48,240 nucleotides of DNA from assembly GCA_030625695.1 (NCBI GenBank), contig DAOUQK010000001.1, forward strand, positions 1-48,240, written 5' to 3'. The DNA is from Paracoccaceae bacterium (GTDB lineage Bacteria; Pseudomonadota; Alphaproteobacteria; Rhodobacterales; Rhodobacteraceae). Each line of letters starts with the position of its first letter. Positions within the stretch are counted from its first letter, which is position 1. Both the position numbers and the translations under genes were made by a program. The notes beneath the pieces are model-generated. The model searched no databases. It was not told the origin of the DNA and saw only the letters and a program-made list of their open reading frames with translations. Shown here piece by piece: positions 1 through 9,444 of the stretch.

Positions 1-510
1 TTCCGTGCCGACAATAACCGGCCGACGAAACGGGCGCATCCCGTGCAGGTAGACCATGGATTGCAACGCCCCGGTCGAAATCACCCCTTGCGGGCGCGCA
101 CCACCGATGAACCTTTGCGCCCGGCTGCTTTCGCGCACGCCGGTACACAGGACCACCCGTTCGGCTTGCAGTTCCATTGTGCCCTCGGTTGTGGTCAGGC
201 TTAGCCGCGCGTTGGGATGCAAGGCGGTGACAGTGCAACCGGTACGGATTTCGACACCGGCCGCACGCGCCTTTTGCACCATGGTCCGGGCATAATCCGG
301 GCCTTTCATCAGACGCTTGAACTCCCAAAACCCAAACGGGTAATGGCCGCAATGGCGTGGCACGCCGCCGGCCTGCGCCTCGCGTTCCAGAACCACCACA
401 TTGTCAACGCCGCGCGCCTTAAGCTCGGTCGCCAAAGCCAGCCCTGCCGGGCCACCGCCGACGATGGCGACAGTGCAGTTCAGTTTCGGGGTGTTCGCCG
501 TATGCGCCAT
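1..510 (-). CDS. NAD(P)/FAD-dependent oxidoreductase (GlpB-like / pyridine-nucleotide-disulfide-oxidoreductase-like); N-terminal 170 aa only, the gene runs off the window
   Basis: Not in the ORF track because there is no stop in the window. My minus-strand translation from ATG 510-508 reads MAHTANTPKLNCTVAIVGGGPAGLALATELKARGVDNVVVLEREAQAGG... and stays open to position 1. It has a GxGxxG dinucleotide-binding motif. The start lies 8 nt after the stop of the upstream gene. Confidence 0.75.
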   Translation of the reverse strand, partial: MAHTANTPKLNCTVAIVGGGPAGLALATELKARGVDNVVVLEREAQAGGVPRHCGHYPFGFWEFKRLMKGPDYARTMVQKARAAGVEIRTGCTVTALHPNARLSLTTTEGTMELQAERVVLCTGVRESSRAQRFIGGARPQGVISTGALQSMVYLHGMRPFRRPVIVGTE

Positions 511-517
511 TTGATCA

Positions 518-1915
518 CTATTCATTGGCCACCCCAATCGGCGGATTTAACCGCCCCCGGGTAATCTCGGCCAGTGGCCCGGTGCAATAAAACCCCTGAC
601 AGCGCCCCATGCACACCCGCGTGCGTCGCTTTAACCCTTGCAGGGTGGCGGGCGGCATCGGGCCGTTCAGCACCGCTTCGATCTCGCGCCTTGTCACCAT
701 CTCGCAATGACAGACAATGCCGCCATGACCTGCGTTTTGCCAGTCGCGTGGGTGATAATCCGAAAGACGGTCGGGGGCGGGACAGATTGGCGCGCTGATC
801 GTACCGCCGGACAGCCCGACGCCTGTGTTCAGACGGGCCACATGTCGCGCGATGCCCAACGCCGCACTTAGACCGGTCGAACGGATGCCGCCGACGGTGA
901 TATAGTTCCGGGCCCGGTCCTGAGTTATCTGATAGTCCTGATGTTCCGTGGCCGGGCGCAGGCCGGCATAAGTGGTCGTGACCTCGTAGGTCGCCAAACC
1001 GGGCAGCATTTCGATGCCCTTGGCGCGCAGGTCTTGCAAGGCCTGCGCTTCGGTAGAAGCGTCTTCACGGCTGAGCTGTTCCTCGGCCGTTGGTCCCACG
1101 GCCAGATTGCCAAAGATGGTCCGGAATATCACCACGCCTTTGGTGGTGGTCGTTGGCACCGGCAGGATCACCGCCTTGAGCAGCTTCGAGGCCGGTTTGT
1201 CGAACACCACAAACTGCCCTTTGCGTGGTTTGATGGTAAATTCACTGGCCCCAAGCAGGCGTTGGTCAATCACATCGCCATAAAGCCCGGCGCAATTGAT
1301 CACTTGTTTGGCGTTTATTGCGCCACGACTGGTCTCGATCTCCCATTGCCCGCCGTCAAAACGCCCCGCCAGAACTTCGCAATCGCGCCGCAGGTCAGCG
1401 CCATTTACCAGTGCCTGCAAAACATAGGCGTGGGCGGTGGCCCATGGGTCGATCAGGAACTCTCCCGGAATGTCAAAACCACCCTTTAGGCTGGACGACA
1501 GTGCAGGCTCTCGCGCCAATATCCGGGCGCGGGTCATCATTGCCACATCATCCACACCGTTGGTGTGAGCCTTGTCGACCAGCCCCTCCAACCGGGCCAG
1601 TTGATCCGCGTCCCAGGCCAGAACCATGGCTCCGGATTTGAGAAGGGGCAGGTCCAGGCTTTCTCGTATCTCAAGATACTCAGCGTAGCCTTTGGCGATG
1701 CACGCCTGTTCCAGCGATCCGGGCGGCGCATCAAACCCGGTGTGCAGGATCGCGCTATTGGCCTTGGATGCACCGTCCAGAACATCACGGCCCTTTTCGA
1801 TCAGCACCACCCGCGCGCCATCCAGCGTGAACCGGCGCGCCATAGCGCATCCGACCACACCGGCACCGATGATGGCGACATCGTAGCAGTCTTGTTGCGG
1901 GGAGGGTGGGTTCAT
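518..1915 (-). CDS. FAD-dependent dehydrogenase (GlpA/LhgO-like DAO fold) with a C-terminal BFD-like [2Fe-2S] domain
   Basis: ORF 518..1960. The preferred start is ATG 1915 (MNPPSPQQDCYDVAIIGAGVVGCA, a GxGxxG motif). ASKANSAILHTG is typical of GlpA/LhgO-type flavoenzymes. The C-terminal CHCEMVTRREI...CMGRCQGFYC Cys cluster fits a BFD-like domain. Confidence 0.8.
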   Translation of the reverse strand: MNPPSPQQDCYDVAIIGAGVVGCAMARRFTLDGARVVLIEKGRDVLDGASKANSAILHTGFDAPPGSLEQACIAKGYAEYLEIRESLDLPLLKSGAMVLAWDADQLARLEGLVDKAHTNGVDDVAMMTRARILAREPALSSSLKGGFDIPGEFLIDPWATAHAYVLQALVNGADLRRDCEVLAGRFDGGQWEIETSRGAINAKQVINCAGLYGDVIDQRLLGASEFTIKPRKGQFVVFDKPASKLLKAVILPVPTTTTKGVVIFRTIFGNLAVGPTAEEQLSREDASTEAQALQDLRAKGIEMLPGLATYEVTTTYAGLRPATEHQDYQITQDRARNYITVGGIRSTGLSAALGIARHVARLNTGVGLSGGTISAPICPAPDRLSDYHPRDWQNAGHGGIVCHCEMVTRREIEAVLNGPMPPATLQGLKRRTRVCMGRCQGFYCTGPLAEITRGRLNPPIGVANE

Positions 1916-2106
1916 GAGGCTTCCAGTATGACAGCACATAAAGCTGCGCGTTTGGATCACAATACCGCGAAACAGTGTGGCTTGACAAGTTCGTGTTTGG
2001 CATTAGTGTGGATTAGGTAGCAAATAAGTTCCAAAGCACTGTCCAATAATCATGAGTAAAAACAAATGTATAGAGTATTTTATGACCATTTGGGCATATT
2101 CTTTGT

Positions 2107-2880
2107 ATGATTAACCAGCGCGCCATTCTGAAACCAAAGGTCCGTCAGGCACAAATCAGCGATCTGATTGCCAAACGCGGCAAGGTGCGTGTCGAGGACT
2201 TGGCCGCGAGGTTTGACATCTCCACCGAAACCATTCGCCGCGACCTGACGACGCTGGCTAACGCCGGGCATATCCGCAAGGTGCATGGTGGTGCCCGGCC
2301 GGTTACGCCCATCGGTGAAGGTGGTTTTGAGGCGCGCATGCGGCGCAATGCTCTGGCCAAGCGATTGATCGCTGAAAAGGTGGTTGGTTTGGTGACGCCG
2401 GGACAAACCCTGTTTCTTGATACCGGGTCGACCACCCTGATCTGCGCCGAGGCGCTGGCGCGGGTCAGGCGGCTGACCATCATCACCAATTCCACCCGTA
2501 TCGCTGATACATTCGCCAAAGGCAGCGGTGGTGCAGATGTGTACCTCTTGGGCGGGCTTTATCGGGGTGACAATGCCCAGACGGTCGGGGCATCCACGGC
2601 GCGCGATATTGCAAAGTATCGTGCCGATACAGCGATCATCACCATTGGTGCATTGGACAAAGGCGGGGTGATGGACTTTTCGAGCCACGAGGCAGAGGTG
2701 GCGCGGGCAATGATTGCTTCGGCCATCAACCTGCGGGTGCTGGCGGATCATACAAAATTCAACCGGTCTGCGTCTTTCCGGCTCTGTCCATTGGCGGGTA
2801 TTGATCAACTTGTAGTGGATAAATCCCCCGATGCGGACCTGTTGGATGCATTGGAAATCAGCGGCGTCGAGGTCATTTGA
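2107..2880 (+). CDS. DeoR/GlpR-family transcriptional regulator
   Basis: 257 aa. N-terminal winged HTH (ISDLIAKRGKVRVEDLAARFDISTETIRRDLTTLANAGHIRKVHGGA) plus a DeoR C-terminal sensor domain. It is divergent from the flavoenzyme pair and lies upstream of the TRAP genes. Confidence 0.9.
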   Translation: MINQRAILKPKVRQAQISDLIAKRGKVRVEDLAARFDISTETIRRDLTTLANAGHIRKVHGGARPVTPIGEGGFEARMRRNALAKRLIAEKVVGLVTPGQTLFLDTGSTTLICAEALARVRRLTIITNSTRIADTFAKGSGGADVYLLGGLYRGDNAQTVGASTARDIAKYRADTAIITIGALDKGGVMDFSSHEAEVARAMIASAINLRVLADHTKFNRSASFRLCPLAGIDQLVVDKSPDADLLDALEISGVEVI

Positions 2881-2998
2881 TGACAAACAATTTTGACCAA
2901 ATGGAAAAAACCTTTGGTCGCGCCCTTGACGGACCCCGGATAAATATCATGCAGTGGGCGGACGGGGTGGAACAGGATAGTTTGAGAGGGGCCAAGAC

Positions 2999-3508
2999 TT
3001 GCCAACAATAGCCGTAACATATGTGCGCGTGGTCGACCGGTTCAACTATCTGGTCGGGCGGGTGATGATGTACGGCATCTTTGTTCTGATGGCGGTACTG
3101 ATGTGGTCGACGTTTTCCAAGCAAGCATTCATCATCCCGTCGTACTGGACACTGGAAGTGGCGCAATACGTCCTTGTGGCCTATTATCTGGTGGGCGGTG
3201 CCTATTCGATCCAGCTGGGCGCGAATGTTCGTATGGACCTGTTTTACGAAAACTGGACGACCCGCAAAAAGGCCTGGGTCGATAGTTTCACCATTTTCAT
3301 GCTGATCTTTTATCTGGGTGTGATGCTGTATGGCGGCCTTGATTCGATGATGTATTCGATCAAAACCCAACAACATTCGGCATCCCTTTGGCGGCCACTG
3401 ATCTGGCCGGTCAAGGCGGTGATGTGTACCGGCATTGCGATGATGCTGCTACAAGCCATTTCGGAACTGATCAAAGACGTGGCCACCTTGCGCGGAAAGA
3501 CCATTTAA
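2999..3508 (+). CDS. TRAP transporter small permease (DctQ family)
   Basis: 169 aa and hydrophobic, with about four TM segments. The TTG start lies 7 nt after a GAGAGGGG Shine-Dalgarno sequence. Its stop abuts the next start (TAAATG at 3506-3511). Confidence 0.8.
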   Translation: MPTIAVTYVRVVDRFNYLVGRVMMYGIFVLMAVLMWSTFSKQAFIIPSYWTLEVAQYVLVAYYLVGGAYSIQLGANVRMDLFYENWTTRKKAWVDSFTIFMLIFYLGVMLYGGLDSMMYSIKTQQHSASLWRPLIWPVKAVMCTGIAMMLLQAISELIKDVATLRGKTI

Positions 3509-5014
3509 ATGCCTCAGGAATACATCGCCCTTTTCATGTTCGCCTCGATGATGCTGATGCTGATGTCGGGCCAGCGGGTGTTCGGGGCCATCGGGGCGAT
3601 TGCCGCCATTGCCGCGTTGACCCTTTGGGGCGGTGGTGGCGGCACGGACATTCCGTTTTCGGCAGCGATGAAGCTGATGAAATGGTATCCGATGCTGACC
3701 CTGCCGATGTTCATTTTTATGGGTTATGTACTTTCTGAAAGTAAGATAGCGGACGATTTGTACAAAATGTTCCACGTCTGGATGGGTCCGGTAAGTGGCG
3801 GTCTGGCAATCGGTACCATCGGGTTGATGGTGCTAATTTCGGCGATGAACGGTCTGTCAGTCGCGGGCATGGCGATTGGGGCGACCATTGCTTTGCCGGA
3901 ACTTCTCCGGCGGGGTTATGACAAAAAGATGGTCACGGGGGTGATTCAGGCCGGGTCATCCTTGGGTATTCTGGTACCACCTTCGGTGGTTCTGGTGCTC
4001 TATGCGATGATCGCGCGGCAACCTGTGGGCAAGCTGTGGTTGGCCGGTATCGTGCCGGGGCTGATGATGGCGACGATGTTCATCATCTACATCTTTATCC
4101 GCTGCAAAATTAACCCGAAACTTGGCCCGGTTCTGAAGAAAGAAGAGCTGGCCGAGTATCAGAACATCTCTAATATTCCGATCCGCCTTAACTATGTGGT
4201 GGTGGCCATGCTGGCGCTGGTGCCGGTGTTCATCAAGTTTGATCTTCTGTCCAGCCGCGATATCCTGATCTTCTGCATGGCTTCAGCGGCGATCTTTCTG
4301 ATCTTCCGCCGCAACCCGACCTTTTACACTGACGTCTTTGTCAAAGAGAAAAACCGTCTGTTGATGTCCGGCCTTCTGCCCCTGGTGATCTTCTTTGCCA
4401 TGATGATCCCGTTCATCTCGGGCTGGACCTCGCTGGTTGAAAGCTCGGCCATTGGGGCGATAACCGCTTTTGCCGCCGCCTTCCTCAAGGGGCGCATGAC
4501 CCGCGCTGTGTTCGAAGTTTCGGTTCGCCAGACCCTGGCCATTTCCTGCATGTTCATGCTGATCGTCATGGCCGCACTGGGGTTTGGCGCGGTGTTTGAC
4601 GGGTTGGGGGCTGCGCGTGCCATTGACGGGTTGTTCCGTGAACAGATGGGGCTAAGCCCCTGGACCATCCTGATCCTGATGCAGCTTTCGTTCCTGATTA
4701 TGGGCACGTTTCTGGATGACACAGCCATGCTGGTCATCGTGGCACCCCTGTATGTGCCTCTGGTCAAAATCCTTGGATTCGATCTGATCTGGTACGGGGT
4801 GCTGTACACGATCACCACGCAAATCGCCTATATGACGCCGCCGTTTGGATATAACCTTTTCTTGATGAGGGCGATGGCACCAAAAGAGATTACTATCACC
4901 GATATCTACTCGTCCATCGTGCCATTCGTGCTGGTGATGGTCGTGGCATTGGCAACCCTGATGGTGTTCCCCAATATCGCCCTTTGGCTGCCAAACTATA
5001 TCTACGCACGATAA
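3509..5014 (+). CDS. TRAP transporter large permease (DctM family, unusually long at 501 aa)
   Basis: Polytopic membrane protein with DctM-like segments (GILVPPSVVLVLYAMI, TPPFGYNLFLMRAMAP). It is translationally coupled to the DctQ-like gene. Confidence 0.9.
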   Translation: MPQEYIALFMFASMMLMLMSGQRVFGAIGAIAAIAALTLWGGGGGTDIPFSAAMKLMKWYPMLTLPMFIFMGYVLSESKIADDLYKMFHVWMGPVSGGLAIGTIGLMVLISAMNGLSVAGMAIGATIALPELLRRGYDKKMVTGVIQAGSSLGILVPPSVVLVLYAMIARQPVGKLWLAGIVPGLMMATMFIIYIFIRCKINPKLGPVLKKEELAEYQNISNIPIRLNYVVVAMLALVPVFIKFDLLSSRDILIFCMASAAIFLIFRRNPTFYTDVFVKEKNRLLMSGLLPLVIFFAMMIPFISGWTSLVESSAIGAITAFAAAFLKGRMTRAVFEVSVRQTLAISCMFMLIVMAALGFGAVFDGLGAARAIDGLFREQMGLSPWTILILMQLSFLIMGTFLDDTAMLVIVAPLYVPLVKILGFDLIWYGVLYTITTQIAYMTPPFGYNLFLMRAMAPKEITITDIYSSIVPFVLVMVVALATLMVFPNIALWLPNYIYAR

Positions 5015-5066
5015 CCAGAACCCCGGAACACGGGGCAAACTATTAACGATAACCCAGGAGGATACT

Positions 5067-6107
5067 ATGACTACCAGACGTAAGTTTATCACCACCGCCG
5101 GTGTCGGCGGCGTTGCCGCATTGGCCGCACCAAACGTGGTACGCGCGCAGTCCAAGATCAAATGGCGGATGCAAACCTATTCCGGCGCACCCTTGGGCGC
5201 GCACGTCATCAAGCCGCAGATCGAAGCCTTCAACAAGGCCGCCAACGGTGAGATGGAGATCGAGCTGTTCTACGCAGACCAACTGGTGCCGACGGACGAA
5301 TTGTTCCGCGCCATGCAGAACGGTACGCTGGATGCGGTCCAGTCGGACGATGCGACCATGGCGTCGCCTGTCGATATCTCGGACTTTGGCGGCTATTTCC
5401 CGTTCTCGTCGCGCTATTCACTCGACCTGCCGGTGTTGTTTGAACGCTATGGTCTGAACGAAATCTGGGCCGAAGCTTATGGCGAAGTCGAGAACGTCAC
5501 CTGGCTGGGTGCCGGTGCCTGGGACCCTCTGCATATCTTCACGGTCAACAAACCCATCCGCTCGCTGGCCGATATGGCCGGCCTTCGGGTGTTCGGGGTG
5601 CCAACGGCGGGTCGTTTCCTGGCGCGTTACGGCCTGATCCCGGTGACAGTGCCGTGGGAAGACGTCGACGTTGCCATGCAGACCGGCGAACTGGACGGTG
5701 TGGCCTGGTGTGGCTTTACCGAAGCTTACGAAGTGGGTTGGGCCGACATCTGCAACTATGCGCTGCTGAACAACGTCACAGGTGCGTGGTGTGGGTCGTA
5801 TTTTGCCAATAGCGAAAGCTGGGCCAAAGTACCGCCGCATTTGCAAGAGCTGTTCAAGATCACCATCGACCAGTCGCATTATTATCGTCAGGTCTGGTAT
5901 TGGGGTGGTGAGGCCGACCTGCGGGTCAACGGCAACAAGATGGAGCTGACCTCGATCCCTCAGGACGAATGGAACACCGTTGTTTCCGACGCCGAAGGTT
6001 TCTGGGACGAGTTGGCATCGCGCAGCCCACGGGCAGCCAAAGTGATCGACATCTTCAAGGAATACACCACGGTGATGGAGAAAGCTGGCGTGCCTTACCG
6101 TTACTAA
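5067..6107 (+). CDS. TRAP transporter substrate-binding protein (DctP family) with a twin-arginine signal peptide
   Basis: 346 aa. The N-terminus MTTRRKFITTAGVGGVAALAAPNVVRA is a Tat-type signal. An AGGAGGA Shine-Dalgarno sequence lies upstream. It is the third gene of a Q-M-P TRAP operon. Confidence 0.85.
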   Translation: MTTRRKFITTAGVGGVAALAAPNVVRAQSKIKWRMQTYSGAPLGAHVIKPQIEAFNKAANGEMEIELFYADQLVPTDELFRAMQNGTLDAVQSDDATMASPVDISDFGGYFPFSSRYSLDLPVLFERYGLNEIWAEAYGEVENVTWLGAGAWDPLHIFTVNKPIRSLADMAGLRVFGVPTAGRFLARYGLIPVTVPWEDVDVAMQTGELDGVAWCGFTEAYEVGWADICNYALLNNVTGAWCGSYFANSESWAKVPPHLQELFKITIDQSHYYRQVWYWGGEADLRVNGNKMELTSIPQDEWNTVVSDAEGFWDELASRSPRAAKVIDIFKEYTTVMEKAGVPYRY

Positions 6108-6132
6108 CTGGGTTCTTTCGAGATTTGAGAAA

Positions 6133-6160
6133 GGGCGCGGCCATCTGGTCGCGCCCTTTT
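6133..6160 (+). terminator. Rho-independent terminator candidate after the TRAP operon
   Basis: GGGCGCGGCCA-tc-TGGtCGCGCCC hairpin followed directly by TTTT, about 25 nt after the DctP-like stop. Confidence 0.55.
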
Positions 6161-6192
6161 CGCTTGTGTTATGCGCATTCCGACCGGAAATT

Positions 6193-6266
6193 CGTAGGGT
6201 GGGTTTTCAACCCACCTTCCCTAAAGAGTTGGCGGGAAGGATGGTGGGTTGAAAACCCACCCTACG
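6193..6266. repeat. REP-like palindromic intergenic element, copy 1
   Basis: CGTAGGGTGGGTTTTCAACCCACCTTCCC ... GGGAAGGATGGTGGGTTGAAAACCCACCCTACG. Long inverted arms flank a short loop. It sits between convergent gene ends. It belongs to the same family as the elements at 31234, 38377 and 42294. Confidence 0.85.
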
Positions 6267-6271
6267 TCATA

Positions 6272-8281
6272 TCAGCCAGATTTCCGCCAGGCTTCGGACC
6301 TGCGCAATATTCGCTGTGACGCCAGTGCATGAATCACCCGTGCCGCCGCATTGGTGTAAAATATCATCATCCCCATCGCCGCCGCCGGGGCAATGTCGCC
6401 TGCGTCATCCATGTTCAGAACTGCCACCGACGCCAGTTTGGTGTCCGTCGAATAAAGGAATACCACCGCCGAAACCGTGGTCATTGCATTGACGAACAGA
6501 TAGATCGAAATGTTCAGGATCGCTGGCATCGACACCGGCACAGTGACCTGGCGAAACAGCTTGTAAAACGGCTGTTTGAGCGAGGATGAAACGCTCTCAA
6601 ACTCGACATCCATCTGTTTCAGGGCCGTCACCGCCGTCAGGTGCGACACGGTGTAAAAGTGGGTTACGGTCGAGACCACCAGAATGATCATCGTGCCGTA
6701 GATGAAGTTCAAAGGATTGGCCGGATTGTTGAAGAAAAAGATATACGCCAGCCCCAGCACCATGCCCGGGACCGCCATCGGCAACATCGCCAACATCTGG
6801 AACATGGCCCGCCCCTTTTCGAACCCTTTGGTTTTCTCAACCATATAGGCCCCAAGAAACACCACAACCGTACCAATGATCGCCGTCAGGATCGCCAGGA
6901 TCAGCGAGTTTTGATATGCCCCCCAACCGCCACCATCCATCAGGTCAAAGTTATAGTTTTTCAGTGACAGGCTGAGGTTATACGGCCAGAATTTGATCAG
7001 GGCCGCGTATTGGCAAACGGCGATGATGCCGACCAGAAAGATCGAGACAAGCGTGGCATAGCCCAGGAATATCCGGTCAAACAGCCGGTTCACCTTGGGT
7101 TCAAAAACCACCGACCGGGCCGACAACAAAGCCACCTGTTTCTTTTGCACCTGCCGGTCAATGCCAAAGGCCAAGATTGCCGGCACCAGCAGGACAACGG
7201 ACACCACTGCGCCCATTTCAAAGTTTTGCTGGCCGATCACCTGTTTATAGATATCCACCGCCAGCATGTTGAACTGCCCGCCGATCACCTTGGGCAGGCC
7301 AAAATCGGTGATCACCAGATTGAACACCACAAACGACGCCGAAAATAACCCGTATCGCGCGCCCGGAATGGTTACCGTCCAGAAGGTTTTCCAGCGGCTT
7401 GCTTTCAACGAAACCGCCGCCTCGTACAGGCGCGCGTCTGATATCGAAAGGGCGGTCGAGATGATGATCATCGCATGCGGAAAGGTGAAAAATACCGACC
7501 CGATGACTATACCGATGGGGCCATAAATGCTGTTGCCCAGCAGGAATTCCCTGAGCATCCCCTGATTGCCAAACAGGTAAATCAGGGCGATTCCCGGCAG
7601 CAGCGAAGGCACCAGAATGGGCAGCATGGCAACAGCGCGGAACAACCCCTTGAAGCGCATGCAACTACGCGCAAGTGCATAGGCGAACCAGAATGCCAGG
7701 GTCACGGTAATGACCGTCGAAATCGCGGCGATAAGCATCGAATTCTGGATCGACCGGAACAGGGCAGGGGTGGAAAAGTAGGTTTTGAAGTTGGAGAACC
7801 CGATGTCTTTTTGTGGCCGGATCACCAGACGGCGGAATTCATTGCTGGTATAGCTTGCCCATTCCTGCCCCTTGTGGCGTTCGGAATTCGCCAGATAAAC
7901 GCTTGTGTCACTGGTATTGCGAAACCGGTACATGACGGGCGAGCGAAAGCTGAAATCGGGGAACAGTTTGGTCAGACCCAATCGCCCTCCTGAGCCGGTC
8001 GAAAGCGCAGGCGCGTCGAAAACCTCTTGCTCGGCGTTCAGCGCCTCCAGTGATTGTGCGGGTGCTTCGAACACGCCTTCCGGGGTGCTGACCTGAACCT
8101 CGTATCCGGTCAGATCGAACCGATAGGTCGAAAACGATTTGGACAGCATCGCGTATAATGGCAGGGCCAGGGCCACCACCAGATACAGCGCAATAACCCC
8201 CATGAACGCCCGTTGGGTCCAGTCATCGCGGCCCAGTTTTGGTTTAACAAAAGGCCGCGGGATATCGGCGACACTGGCCAT
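6272..8281 (-). CDS. Fused two-domain ABC transporter permease (FbpB / PhnU2-like; Fe3+ or 2-aminoethylphosphonate-type importer)
   Basis: 669 aa with two tandem ABC-permease membrane domains (about 12 TM) and a long loop after TM1. Its start overlaps the ATPase gene stop at 8281. Substrate cannot be told from sequence alone. Confidence 0.85.
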   Translation of the reverse strand: MASVADIPRPFVKPKLGRDDWTQRAFMGVIALYLVVALALPLYAMLSKSFSTYRFDLTGYEVQVSTPEGVFEAPAQSLEALNAEQEVFDAPALSTGSGGRLGLTKLFPDFSFRSPVMYRFRNTSDTSVYLANSERHKGQEWASYTSNEFRRLVIRPQKDIGFSNFKTYFSTPALFRSIQNSMLIAAISTVITVTLAFWFAYALARSCMRFKGLFRAVAMLPILVPSLLPGIALIYLFGNQGMLREFLLGNSIYGPIGIVIGSVFFTFPHAMIIISTALSISDARLYEAAVSLKASRWKTFWTVTIPGARYGLFSASFVVFNLVITDFGLPKVIGGQFNMLAVDIYKQVIGQQNFEMGAVVSVVLLVPAILAFGIDRQVQKKQVALLSARSVVFEPKVNRLFDRIFLGYATLVSIFLVGIIAVCQYAALIKFWPYNLSLSLKNYNFDLMDGGGWGAYQNSLILAILTAIIGTVVVFLGAYMVEKTKGFEKGRAMFQMLAMLPMAVPGMVLGLAYIFFFNNPANPLNFIYGTMIILVVSTVTHFYTVSHLTAVTALKQMDVEFESVSSSLKQPFYKLFRQVTVPVSMPAILNISIYLFVNAMTTVSAVVFLYSTDTKLASVAVLNMDDAGDIAPAAAMGMMIFYTNAAARVIHALASQRILRRSEAWRKSG

Positions 8282-9384
8282 CAGGATTGACCTTGGGCGG
8301 GAAATACCCTGAGGCTCTCTGGTGGCAGTTCGATGGTCAGGGAACGGCCGGTTTTCAAGCCCATCCGCCGCACGGCGTTGATTGAAAAGTTGGTGGTCAG
8401 GGGCTGATCAACATGGCTTGCCCCTTTTAGTTGCGCGCGCCAATAGGTGCCGAGAAACTCCATTTCGGTGATCGAGACTTCAAAGGAATTTACCGGTTTC
8501 CCGCCTGCGTCCTCATGCGGCACAATGTTCTCGGGCCGGATGGCGACTATTACATCGGTCCCTTTGGTGAATTCGTGGTGCGCGCACGTCAGAGTCCTGC
8601 CGCCAATCGTTACAGTGCCTCTGGTCCCGACACGCCCAGTTATCTGGTTCATCTCACCAATGAAATCGGCGACAAAAAGGCTGGCCGGATCGCGGTAAAT
8701 CTCTAACGGTGTGCCGACCTGTTCGATGGTGCCGTGGTTCATCACCACAATCCGGTCGGCCATCGACAGGGCCTCTTCCTGATCGTGGGTCACCATCACG
8801 GTGGTGATGCCCAGTTTGCGCTGTAATTCCTTGACCTCGTGGCGCAGGAACACCCGCACCTTGGCGTCGAGCGCCGACAGGGGTTCGTCCAGCAACAACA
8901 ACCCCGGGTCGGTGGCAATGGCGCGGGCCAGGGCGATGCGCTGCTGCTGCCCGCCGGAAAGTTGTGCCGGGTATTTGTCGCCCTGATCCGGCAGGCCGAC
9001 CAGTTCCAGCAATTCAGTCACCCGGGCGGCAATAGCTGGTTTGGAACGGCCTTCGTTTTCAAGGCCATAGGCGATGTTGCGGGTGATGGTCAAATTTGGG
9101 AACAGGGCATAAGACTGAAACACAATGCCAAAATCCCGCTCGGACGGGGGCAGGGTGGATATGTTCTGCCCGGCCTGTTCAACCCGCCCCGAGGTTTGCA
9201 GATCAAGTCCGGCAATGGCCCGCAGCAACGTGGTTTTGCCACAGCCTGAAGGGCCAAGAAAACAAATGAATTCACCTTCATCAATGCTCAGGGAAATATC
9301 CTGAAGGGCAACAAAGTCGCCGAAATTCTTCCACAGGTTATCAATGCGTAGATAGGGGCGGCTTTGGGTCATATTCGCTTTCAC
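8281..9384 (-). CDS. ABC transporter ATP-binding protein (FbpC/PotA-like, with a C-terminal TOBE-like domain)
   Basis: 367 aa. Walker A GPSGCGKTT, signature LSGGQQQR, Walker B LLLLDEP, H-loop VTHDQ. Confidence 0.9.
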   Translation of the reverse strand: MKANMTQSRPYLRIDNLWKNFGDFVALQDISLSIDEGEFICFLGPSGCGKTTLLRAIAGLDLQTSGRVEQAGQNISTLPPSERDFGIVFQSYALFPNLTITRNIAYGLENEGRSKPAIAARVTELLELVGLPDQGDKYPAQLSGGQQQRIALARAIATDPGLLLLDEPLSALDAKVRVFLRHEVKELQRKLGITTVMVTHDQEEALSMADRIVVMNHGTIEQVGTPLEIYRDPASLFVADFIGEMNQITGRVGTRGTVTIGGRTLTCAHHEFTKGTDVIVAIRPENIVPHEDAGGKPVNSFEVSITEMEFLGTYWRAQLKGASHVDQPLTTNFSINAVRRMGLKTGRSLTIELPPESLRVFPAQGQS

Positions 9385-9405
9385 GCGTTTGATGCAGGTG
9401 CAAAA

Positions 9406-9427
9406 GGGGCGGCCATGTGGCCGCCCC
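9406..9427 (-). terminator. Intra-operon hairpin (attenuator or mRNA stabiliser) after the binding-protein gene
   Basis: GGGGCGGCCA-TG-TGGCCGCCCC inverted repeat. On the transcribed strand it lies about 18 nt after the SBP stop and is followed by TTTTG. Confidence 0.5.
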
Positions 9428-9444
9428 CATGCGTTGTGACAATG

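Noticed and set aside
2067-2077. TGTATAGAGTA in the DeoR/flavoenzyme divergent region, as a fourth copy of the GntR-type operator.
   Set aside because: It has one mismatch that destroys the central palindrome (C to G). It has no flanking heptad repeats and lies in an AT-rich stretch where near-matches are expected by chance.
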